IMG/VR virus record: IMGVR_UViG_3300025840_003125
DNA: 64,000 nt
Reading direction: 5' to 3' (one strand)
Source: a virus
Below the pieces are notes generated by a model. That model was given only the letters and a program-made list of their open reading frames with translations, did not search any database and had not been told where the DNA came from. This document shows positions 9,756 through 17,212 of this stretch, one piece after another; positions within the stretch are counted from its first letter, which is position 1, and each line of letters opens with the position of its first letter. The position numbers were made by a program, and so were the translations under genes.

Positions 9756-10518
9756 TTATATACACTTCAATTTTTTCAAACCCATAGTGATAATTTTTAT
9801 ATAGGTCTTCATTTAACATAGATGGGAAAGTCCATCTCTTATCTTCATCGCCATGTTTACCTTCTTTGATACTTATGTCTTTATTAAGTACTTCAGGATG
9901 TTCTAATCTATCCATATCTGGATGAGGATATCCTACACCCACAAGTAGTTTAGGTTCTGACTCTAGTTTTAATAATTTTTGTACATTATCGCCTTTTACA
10001 TCTCTTTCAAAGGCACTACAATAACCTGTTTTATATCCTAGTAAAGCTGCAGCCATAACTAATTGACCAGATGATATACCTATTGATGTATTCTTTTGTT
10101 CTTCTAAAGTATCTATTGCTATTTTAGTTGCGTTTGGTTGTGTAGCAACAATGTGTGTACCACTTCTTATATTTTTAGTTTCATCACAATACACAAAAAC
10201 AACAGGCGCTAGTATTTGTGAATTTGTTACAGCATATCTATGATCGGTAACAAACTTCTTTTTAGTATCTGTAAATATTTTATCTGTTTGAGTATTTGTT
10301 TGAAAAGTAAATAACTTTGTTCGGTTATAGATTTTTCTTATAACATTAGGATTAGTATATACTCTTAAACTATAATGTGTTTCATTTTGCTTTGATGGTG
10401 AGTTAGCTGCAACATAGATAAGTGTTTCTAAATCTTCCTCTGATACAGGTTTAGTCAAATCATAATTACGCTGTGCTTTTTTACATACATCAATAGCATT
10501 CTTTATTTCATCATTCAT
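9733..10518 (-). CDS. Nitroreductase-family flavoprotein
   Basis: AQRNYD...A..SPSKQN; GISSGQLVMAAALLGYKTGYC; LLVGVGYP. Start at MNDEIK, after the promoter. Confidence 0.8.
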   Translation of the reverse strand: MNDEIKNAIDVCKKAQRNYDLTKPVSEEDLETLIYVAANSPSKQNETHYSLRVYTNPNVIRKIYNRTKLFTFQTNTQTDKIFTDTKKKFVTDHRYAVTNSQILAPVVFVYCDETKNIRSGTHIVATQPNATKIAIDTLEEQKNTSIGISSGQLVMAAALLGYKTGYCSAFERDVKGDNVQKLLKLESEPKLLVGVGYPHPDMDRLEHPEVLNKDISIKEGKHGDEDKRWTFPSMLNEDLYKNYHYGFEKIEVYINDKRYKR

Positions 10519-10523
10519 ATGCC

Positions 10524-10538
10524 TATTTATTATAAATA
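10524..10538. promoter_or_regulatory. Back-to-back T4-type late promoters
   Basis: TATTTATTATAAATA: TATAAATA on +, AATAAATA on -. Confidence 0.65.
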
Positions 10539-10597
10539 TAACTAATATAATCTTATATTTACATTCCCGAACATTGCAGATAACTAGGAGGTAGTCT

Positions 10598-10855
10598 ATG
10601 CCAAAGAAGCATAAGAAAATAACTATATCCTCTCTAAAAAAGAAGGCACCTAAAGTACCTCCTTTCACGTGTATAAAGATTGACAATGTTATAAGTAAAT
10701 TAGAGAAGATAGTAGATAAGAAAAAAGCGTTAGATAAGAAACAATTAAAAGAATTAGTAAAGAAACTTGAGGTATTAAGGGACGCCAATGATAAACTACG
10801 TGATAGTGGGATATATTGGTATGAAAAATTAAAACACTTATTAAAAACGAGGTAG
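10598..10855 (+). CDS. Hypothetical basic coiled-coil protein
   Basis: 85 aa, strong SD TAGGAGGT. Confidence 0.7.
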   Translation: MPKKHKKITISSLKKKAPKVPPFTCIKIDNVISKLEKIVDKKKALDKKQLKELVKKLEVLRDANDKLRDSGIYWYEKLKHLLKTR

Positions 10856-10865
10856 GAGGTCTTCT

Positions 10866-10943
10866 ATGAATTATTATTTTACAGGTGCTCTTATAATATT
10901 GTTTATTTTGTTTACTTTATTTGTTACACCCTACCCATATTAA
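10866..10943 (+). CDS. 25-aa membrane peptide MNYYFTGALIILFILFTLFVTPYPY
   Basis: Same TAGGAGGT-N3-CTATG leader as the preceding gene; single hydrophobic helix. Confidence 0.5.
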   Translation: MNYYFTGALIILFILFTLFVTPYPY

Positions 10944-10958
10944 AGTTTTGTTACAATC

Positions 10959-11027
10959 GGTTTTCCTATGTTAAATACTAGCGATAGTTATTAAACTATC
11001 AATCTCTAAAGTAAAACATAGGAAACC
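10959..11027 (+). promoter_or_regulatory. RNA stem-loop occluding the pstS ribosome-binding site, with an internal late-promoter-like TAAATA
   Basis: TTTCCTATGTT (10962-10972) pairs with AACATAGGAAA (11015-11025); inner hairpin GATAGTT/AACTATC (10983-11000). Confidence 0.6.
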
Positions 11028-11030
11028 TAG

Positions 11031-11963
11031 ATGAGAAAATTATTATTCAGTTTAATTATGATTTTGATGACAACTACATTATATGCAAGGGATCAAATTA
11101 ACATTGTTGGTTCTTCAACAGTTTATCCATTTTCAACAGTAGTCGCAGAAAGATTTGGTAAGTCAGGTAAGTTTCAAACACCTGTCATTGAATCAACTGG
11201 TACTGGTGGTGGAATGAAACTATTTTGTAAAGGCATTGGTACAAACACACCAGATATGTCAAACGCAAGTAGAAAAATAAAACCAAAAGAAGTTAAACTT
11301 TGTAAAGATAATGGTGTTACCGATATTACACAAGTGATTGTAGGTTTAGATGGTATTGCTTTTACAAGTTCAGTACAAGGCAAACAATATAACTTTACAA
11401 AAAAACAACTTTGGGAAGCGATGGCTGATCTAGGATCAAAACCAACTAAATGGTCAGATATTGATCCTTCTTTACCAGACATTAAAATAGCAATACTTAC
11501 ACCACCTGCTACAAGTGGTACAAGGGATGCTTGGAATGATCTAGTAATGAAAAAAGGATGTCCTGAAACTATAAAAGGCAAAGAATGTTTTTTATTAAGA
11601 GAAGATGGTGCAGTAATTGAAGTCGGTGAAAATGATACTTTGATTATTAACAAACTTGTAGGTGAACCAACATACTTTGGTATATTTGGTTTTAGTTATT
11701 ACGATAATTCAAAAGATAAAGTTCAAGCACATACAATTGAAGATGTTAAAATATCTTTATCATCAATACAAGATGGTTCTTATCCAATAAGTCGACCATT
11801 ATACTTTTATGTAAAAAATCAACACATTGATGTAATACCAGGTATTGAGGAATTTGTAAAAGAGTTTACATCTAAAAGAGCTGCAGGTAAAAGAGGTTAT
11901 CTTTTAGATTTAGGATTAGTACCTTTGAAAAGTTTAGATGAATCTATTTCTAAAGTAGAATAA
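11031..11963 (+). CDS. pstS: Phosphate ABC transporter substrate-binding protein
   Basis: Signal peptide; ARDQINIVGSSTVYPF, ESTGTGGG, NASR, SGTRD, YPISRPLYFYVK. Confidence 0.95.
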   Translation: MRKLLFSLIMILMTTTLYARDQINIVGSSTVYPFSTVVAERFGKSGKFQTPVIESTGTGGGMKLFCKGIGTNTPDMSNASRKIKPKEVKLCKDNGVTDITQVIVGLDGIAFTSSVQGKQYNFTKKQLWEAMADLGSKPTKWSDIDPSLPDIKIAILTPPATSGTRDAWNDLVMKKGCPETIKGKECFLLREDGAVIEVGENDTLIINKLVGEPTYFGIFGFSYYDNSKDKVQAHTIEDVKISLSSIQDGSYPISRPLYFYVKNQHIDVIPGIEEFVKEFTSKRAAGKRGYLLDLGLVPLKSLDESISKVE

Positions 11964-11987
11964 AAAAAAGGGCGCCAAAAGGCGCCC
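11962..11987 (-). terminator. Rho-independent terminator of the leftward early operon
   Basis: GGGCGCC-AAAA-GGCGCCC hairpin preceded by A8 on + (U-tract on -). Confidence 0.85.
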
Positions 11988-12008
11988 CTAACAAACAACA
12001 AAGGTATT

Positions 12009-13313
12009 TTATAATTTTTCGTGTACCAACTTCATCCAATTATAATTTCTATGGATTGCCATTGTGCTAATGATTTTATTATTTTCAAAATCAATTGTAA
12101 TTGTTTGACCACCAAAACCATCTAATATGAATATTGGTTTATCTCTCTTACCAGAGATACCCATATGAAATTGACCACCGTATGATTTAGTGTGTGAAAA
12201 TGCGTCTGTTGTATTTGCATTATTAGTTTTACCTTTTTTAATTCTGTTTTCATGTAAAGATTTTAAATATTGACCTTCACAAGTATTGTTGTTCCAATCA
12301 TCTAACATTGCAACAGCAACTCTCATATAATCATATCTGGTTAGGTACATTCCATAATTTATAGACAAGTCAGATTTTTTAGATTCACTAGGTTGTTTCA
12401 TCACAACATTATATTCAATACCAATTTTATTTTGAAATATATCTTTTAACATTTTTTTGTATTCTTTAGCACCCATAGTTGACATAACATAACTAGCAAA
12501 AACGTTTGTATTTAAATTTGCATAGTGATATTTGTTTTTACCAGGTGTAGTATTTTTTAATTCTTTTTTTGCAATACTATTTACTGACCATCTATTAGAC
12601 CATCTTTTTGAATTTTTAAAACTACCACCACCTTTGTTATCAACATATTTTTGTGAACCTGACGCCATATTAAGCACGTTAATTATAGGTTGATTTTCAA
12701 ATAAAGTATTTTCTAATACATCCCAGTTCATAGTTTCATGTATACCATTAACATATCCTCTACAAAGAGCATGCCCGTATATATATGACATAATTGATTT
12801 ACCCATAGAGTTTGAAACATACAAAGAATTGTTTTTAAATATTTTACCAAATCTATCTTTAGGTGTAATTTGATCTATTACTATCTCACCATCAACATAC
12901 ATAAGGTAACTTAATAGAGCAGTTTTTTGAAATGCCTTTGTAACTTTCTCATCTTCTGTAAGATTAAAAGTAAACTCTTTATAATTTTTTGATTTCTTTA
13001 TAACGATTTTGTGTTTTTCTTTTACTGGTTCGTTAATATATTTTTTTAGATATTTTTTTAATATCCTATAATCTGGATTTGCATCCCAAGGTATTTCAGA
13101 TGAAGTGCCATTTTCGTAACCTTTCCAAGGTGTATTCTTTGTATTCTTACCTGATACTTTTTTTATTTCTAATGTTTCGCCATCACAACCATTGATGTAC
13201 CATATCTGACTATATTTTTGTTCATGTTTACAAACGTCATGTTCTTCAGCGAATACAGCAGCGGCAGAAAATATAAATGAAAATATTAATATTGTTATCC
13301 AAAGTCTAAACAT
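12009..13313 (-). CDS. Secreted serine hydrolase, beta-lactamase/AmpC-PBP family
   Basis: Signal peptide; SxxK (SMGK), LNMASG, YxN (YANLN), DGFGGQ. Confidence 0.85.
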   Translation of the reverse strand: MFRLWITILIFSFIFSAAAVFAEEHDVCKHEQKYSQIWYINGCDGETLEIKKVSGKNTKNTPWKGYENGTSSEIPWDANPDYRILKKYLKKYINEPVKEKHKIVIKKSKNYKEFTFNLTEDEKVTKAFQKTALLSYLMYVDGEIVIDQITPKDRFGKIFKNNSLYVSNSMGKSIMSYIYGHALCRGYVNGIHETMNWDVLENTLFENQPIINVLNMASGSQKYVDNKGGGSFKNSKRWSNRWSVNSIAKKELKNTTPGKNKYHYANLNTNVFASYVMSTMGAKEYKKMLKDIFQNKIGIEYNVVMKQPSESKKSDLSINYGMYLTRYDYMRVAVAMLDDWNNNTCEGQYLKSLHENRIKKGKTNNANTTDAFSHTKSYGGQFHMGISGKRDKPIFILDGFGGQTITIDFENNKIISTMAIHRNYNWMKLVHEKL

Positions 13314-13591
13314 TATATTCCCATCCCTTCTAATCTAAAATCTACAACAGGTACAAAGTCGTAAGCGTATTCTTCATCCTCACCCATAGGACCTGACATC
13401 TTAACAACACAATCATTTTTCTTTCTGTTGTCAAAGAAAGTTTGTAAAGCAAGTTTTAAACTATCTGCCATTTGTTGATGTACAGATACGTTAAACTTCG
13501 TAAACAAAGTACCACAACAAATTGTAATACCATCAGCAGACTCTGCCCTTGCAATGTTCATTATATCTTTTTTCAATTGTGTATCTTTCAT
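13313..13591 (-). CDS. Hypothetical early protein
   Basis: 92 aa; leader GGAGATATAACACTATG. Confidence 0.7.
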   Translation of the reverse strand: MKDTQLKKDIMNIARAESADGITICCGTLFTKFNVSVHQQMADSLKLALQTFFDNRKKNDCVVKMSGPMGEDEEYAYDFVPVVDFRLEGMGI

Positions 13592-13595
13592 AGTG

Positions 13596-13724
13596 TTATA
13601 TCTCCCTTTTAGTTTTCATTATTTGTATTACTTCAAATAAAGATTTTGTTTTAAGTAATTTGTTTCCGTAAGCAAGTCTTTTTTCAAGTTTCTTAATTGC
13701 AGTTTTTAACTCTTTATTATTCAT
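13596..13724 (-). CDS. Hypothetical 42-aa early protein (MNNKELKTAIKKLEKRLAYG...)
   Basis: Fills the gap between neighbouring operon genes; translated by hand. Confidence 0.55.
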   Translation of the reverse strand: MNNKELKTAIKKLEKRLAYGNKLLKTKSLFEVIQIMKTKREI

Positions 13725-13961
13725 TTATTTGTTTTGTAATGCGATTGTTATTAAACCAGATACTATACCTGTTAAGGCCATCATAGCACCTATCATAAAG
13801 TTATTTGCTTCGATAGCACCAACAGATCCTACCATACTGAATAAAAATACAATAGCAGTAACTAATGATATGTTTTCTTTTATTTTTTTCATAATTTCTT
13901 CCTTATATCTCAACTGATTGTAAGCTTCAATTTGATTAAGTGCTTGTTTTTGTAGTGTCAT
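13725..13961 (-). CDS. Hypothetical membrane protein (2 TM)
   Basis: Two hydrophobic segments; leader AAGGAGAAAACACTATG. Confidence 0.7.
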   Translation of the reverse strand: MTLQKQALNQIEAYNQLRYKEEIMKKIKENISLVTAIVFLFSMVGSVGAIEANNFMIGAMMALTGIVSGLITIALQNK

Positions 13962-13973
13962 AGTGTTTTCTCC

Positions 13974-14177
13974 TTATTTAATTTTTAATACACCAGTTTG
14001 TTGGTATACTTTGTAGTTGTTAATGATTTTATTAATTGCATTTTTCATATTAATATCAATCATTTCTAAAAGAGTATTATCAACTTCAATAATTTCTTTT
14101 ATATTTTTGTTTATTTTACCGATTTGTCTATATGCAACGTTTCTAACAATTGCCATATTCATATTATTTGTTTTCAT
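13974..14177 (-). CDS. Hypothetical early protein
   Basis: 67 aa; first gene after the sigma70 promoter. Confidence 0.65.
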   Translation of the reverse strand: MKTNNMNMAIVRNVAYRQIGKINKNIKEIIEVDNTLLEMIDINMKNAINKIINNYKVYQQTGVLKIK

Positions 14178-14185
14178 ATACTACT

Positions 14186-14214
14186 AATATACCGTATTTT
14201 TATGTAAAAATCAA
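14186..14214 (-). promoter_or_regulatory. sigma70-type early promoter TTGATT-N17-TATATT
   Basis: Minus strand reads ttgatt tttacataaaaatacgg tatatt agtagtat ATG. Confidence 0.7.
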
Positions 14215-14273
14215 CAAAAAAATGGATTAATTGTCCGATTCTTCCGTAGCTTGTCGGCATTCTGGCGTATATA

Positions 14274-14288
14274 GAACAAAAGTAGAAC
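14274..14288. promoter_or_regulatory. Alphaproteobacterial LexA (SOS) box-like direct repeat
   Basis: GAAC-AAAAGTA-GAAC = GAAC-N7-GAAC. Confidence 0.5.
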
Positions 14289-14297
14289 AAAAACCCT

Positions 14298-14305
14298 TAT
14301 AAATA
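14298..14305 (+). promoter_or_regulatory. T4-type late promoter
   Basis: TATAAATA upstream of the structural operon. Confidence 0.8.
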
Positions 14306-14334
14306 GTAGAAAAACATCAAAATATGAGGAAATT

Positions 14335-14598
14335 ATGAAAAAAATGAGAATTTTTAAGTTTTGGAACGAATCGGGTGACGAAAAAGAGAAGGAAGCCATG
14401 AGTTTGAAGAAAGCCACTATGTCCGTACAAGGGGATTTCAAGGATAAAATCATTGGAGTTGAATATATCAGTAAAAAAGGCAAAAAAATCGTAGATTCGG
14501 TAAAAATACCAGTAGGACGGAAGATTCGTCAATCAATTATTATTGAACAAAGAAGATTAGCAAGAAAAGCTGCGTTAGAACAAAGACAAAGAGGATAA
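14335..14598 (+). CDS. Hypothetical basic protein
   Basis: 87 aa, SD GAGG, heads the PAAR-gp25 operon. Confidence 0.7.
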   Translation: MKKMRIFKFWNESGDEKEKEAMSLKKATMSVQGDFKDKIIGVEYISKKGKKIVDSVKIPVGRKIRQSIIIEQRRLARKAALEQRQRG

Positions 14599-14599
14599 T

Positions 14600-14899
14600 A
14601 TGGCTGTTAGAGAAGGAGATCCGTTGACTACAGGTCATGCTTGTACTGGAATTACTAATTTAGCAACTTCATTAGTAAGAACGGTTAAAGCAAATGCGAT
14701 TCCAGGTGCTGTACAAGGCACTCCTACCGTATCTCACACTTTTCCACCAGTTCCTTTGTGTCCTGCCCATGTTGCAAATTTAAACAAAGGATCAACAAAC
14801 GTTAAAATAGGTGGTATACCTTGGGGTCGTGTGGGAGATAGTGCTGACGCAGGTGCAATGATTTCAGGTTCTTTAAATGTATTAGTAAATGGTCTGTAA
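14600..14899 (+). CDS. PAAR spike-tip protein (T4 gp5.4-like)
   Basis: AVREGD...GH.C; GSTNVKIGGIPWGRVGD; GSLNV. Confidence 0.88.
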   Translation: MAVREGDPLTTGHACTGITNLATSLVRTVKANAIPGAVQGTPTVSHTFPPVPLCPAHVANLNKGSTNVKIGGIPWGRVGDSADAGAMISGSLNVLVNGL

Positions 14900-14904
14900 A
14901 GTCA

Positions 14905-14912
14905 TATAAATA
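14905..14912 (+). promoter_or_regulatory. T4-type late promoter
   Basis: TATAAATA. Confidence 0.75.
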
Positions 14913-14917
14913 TTGCT

Positions 14918-15349
14918 ATGGCTTATTCAAACTATGACGCAAGTACAACGAATCAAAGTAAACGATCAAATCGTATTTACAAAGATTTAAATTTAAACTT
15001 TACTAAAAATCCAGCAACTAAAGATGTTGCAAGATTATTTGATGTACAGGCAATTAAGAGAGCTGTTAAGAATATAATCTTAACAAACAAATACGAAAAA
15101 CCTTTTAATTCTGACTTTGGTTGTAATTTAAGAGGTTTCTTATTTGAGAACATGACCGAACCTATGATGGTAATCATCAAAGATAGGGTTGCAATGGCAA
15201 TTGAGAAATACGAACCTAGAGTTTCAGTAGAAGATGTAGTTGTTCGGGAAGATGAAAACAATAATGGGTTAGATATTATGGTTTCATTTTTAATTAATGG
15301 TGCAGAAGCGCCTATATCAGTATCAACATTTTTACAAAGAGTAAGATAA
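14918..15349 (+). CDS. Baseplate wedge subunit gp25
   Basis: YKDLNLNF; AIKRAVKNIILTNKYEKPF..DFG; YEPRV. Confidence 0.93.
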   Translation: MAYSNYDASTTNQSKRSNRIYKDLNLNFTKNPATKDVARLFDVQAIKRAVKNIILTNKYEKPFNSDFGCNLRGFLFENMTEPMMVIIKDRVAMAIEKYEPRVSVEDVVVREDENNNGLDIMVSFLINGAEAPISVSTFLQRVR

Positions 15350-15350
15350 G

Positions 15351-17207
15351 ATGGCACAACACAAATTAGAAATTTCAGAATTAGATTTTGAAAATATAAA
15401 AGGTTCACTCAAAAGATTTTTAGCAAATCAAAACGAATTTAAAGATTACGACTTTGAAGGTAGTTCAATGGCAATATTGCTTGACCTACTTGCTTACAAT
15501 ACACATTACTTGGCTTACAATGCAAACTTTGTAGCAAACGAAATGTTTATGGACACAGCACAGTTAAGATCAAGTGTTGCGTCATTGGCTAAATTAGTAG
15601 GATACACACCTAACTCTGCTAGAGCACCAATCGCTGATTTAAAATTAGTAATCAACGATGGTACAGGTGCTTCAATTACAATTCCTGCAGGTACAAAATT
15701 TACTTCATCAATAGATGGTTTAACTTACACGTTTGTTTCAGTATCAGATAAAGTTGTACAACCAATTGATGGTATTTACACAGCACAAAGTTTAAATGTT
15801 TACGAAGGTACATATGTTACCTATGCTTACACATATGACAGCCAAGATATAGATCAAAGATTTTTAATACCTAGTGACAGAGCAGATACAACTACAATAA
15901 AAGTTGTAGTGCAAAATAGTGCTTCAGATGTAACACAAACCACATACACTAAAGCAAGTTCAATAACAGAATTAGATAGTACATCAAAAGTTTATTTCTG
16001 CCAAGAGGCTGAAGACGGTCAATTTGAAATTTACTTTGGTGATGGTGTAATTGGTAAATCATTAGACGATGGTAATATAATTAGTATTAGTTATGTTGTT
16101 ACAAACAAAACAGAAGCTAACGGTGCAACTGCATTTACATTATCAGGCTCTATTTCTGGATTTACAGACGTAACTACAACTGTTAACTCATCAGCACAAG
16201 GTGGTGCTGAACCTGAAAGTTTACAAAGTATAAAATTCAATGCACCTAATTTTTATGCCTCACAAGACAGAGCAGTTACAATAGAAGATTATAAATCAAA
16301 AGTAAAACAACTTTATGCTAACACACAATCAGTTAGTGCTTGGGGTGGTGAAGACGCTGAAACGCCATTCTATGGTAGAGTTTATCTTTCTATTTTACCA
16401 ACAAGTGGTTCTAATCTTACAGACGCTACAAAAGATAAAATAGTAAAAGATTTAAAAAAATATTCAGTTGCTTCAGTTACACCAGTTATCATTGATCCTG
16501 AAACAACAGATATATTAATTACATCTAACGTTAAGTTTAATGAGGCAACAACACCCAAAACTGCTGACACAATTAAATCAAACGTTGTTACAACAATAAC
16601 AGATTACAACGCAAATACATTACAAAAATTTGATACAATGTTTAGACATTCAAAACTTACAGGATTAATTGATGATACAGATGAAAGTATTTTATCAAAT
16701 GTTACTACAGTTAGATTGAGAAAATCTTTTTTACCAACAATTGGAAGTTCTACAAAATATACAATTAACTTTGCAAACGCATTATACAATCCACATTCAG
16801 GTCACAATTCTGCTTCTGGTGGTATTTTAGAATCAACAGGATTTAAAATTGATGGCGACACTACAAACATTTGGTTTTTAGATGATGATGGACAAGGTAA
16901 TGTAAGAAGATATAGAAATGATGGTTCTGTAAGATCATATGCTAACAGTACACAAGGTACAATAGATTACTCAACAGGTAAAGTTGAAGTAAACTCTTTA
17001 AATGTTTCTAATATAGAAAACGTAAGAGGTGCAGCTTCAACAGTTATAGAAGTTACGGTTAAACCTAATTCAAACGATATTGTTCCTATCAGAAATCAAG
17101 TATTAGATATTGATGTTGCAAACAGTTCAGTTACAGTTGAGGCTGACACATTAGCAGGAGGCTCAGCAAACGCTGGTATAGGATATACCACGACTAGTAG
17201 TTATTAG
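15351..17207 (+). CDS. Baseplate wedge subunit gp6
   Basis: LDFENIK..LK.FL; DYDFEGS; LAYNTHY; FGDGVIGK; QDRAVT..DY; WGGED. Confidence 0.95.
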   Translation: MAQHKLEISELDFENIKGSLKRFLANQNEFKDYDFEGSSMAILLDLLAYNTHYLAYNANFVANEMFMDTAQLRSSVASLAKLVGYTPNSARAPIADLKLVINDGTGASITIPAGTKFTSSIDGLTYTFVSVSDKVVQPIDGIYTAQSLNVYEGTYVTYAYTYDSQDIDQRFLIPSDRADTTTIKVVVQNSASDVTQTTYTKASSITELDSTSKVYFCQEAEDGQFEIYFGDGVIGKSLDDGNIISISYVVTNKTEANGATAFTLSGSISGFTDVTTTVNSSAQGGAEPESLQSIKFNAPNFYASQDRAVTIEDYKSKVKQLYANTQSVSAWGGEDAETPFYGRVYLSILPTSGSNLTDATKDKIVKDLKKYSVASVTPVIIDPETTDILITSNVKFNEATTPKTADTIKSNVVTTITDYNANTLQKFDTMFRHSKLTGLIDDTDESILSNVTTVRLRKSFLPTIGSSTKYTINFANALYNPHSGHNSASGGILESTGFKIDGDTTNIWFLDDDGQGNVRRYRNDGSVRSYANSTQGTIDYSTGKVEVNSLNVSNIENVRGAASTVIEVTVKPNSNDIVPIRNQVLDIDVANSSVTVEADTLAGGSANAGIGYTTTSSY

Positions 17208-17212
17208 ATGAA

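Noticed and set aside
10519-10788. N-terminal 90-aa extension of the nitroreductase ORF
   Set aside because: Overlaps the + strand gene 10598-10855 and the promoter region; homology begins at MNDEIK (10518).
10900-11030. Pho box upstream of pstS
   Set aside because: TTGTTACA occurs twice but 27 bp apart, not the 11-bp periodicity of PhoB boxes.
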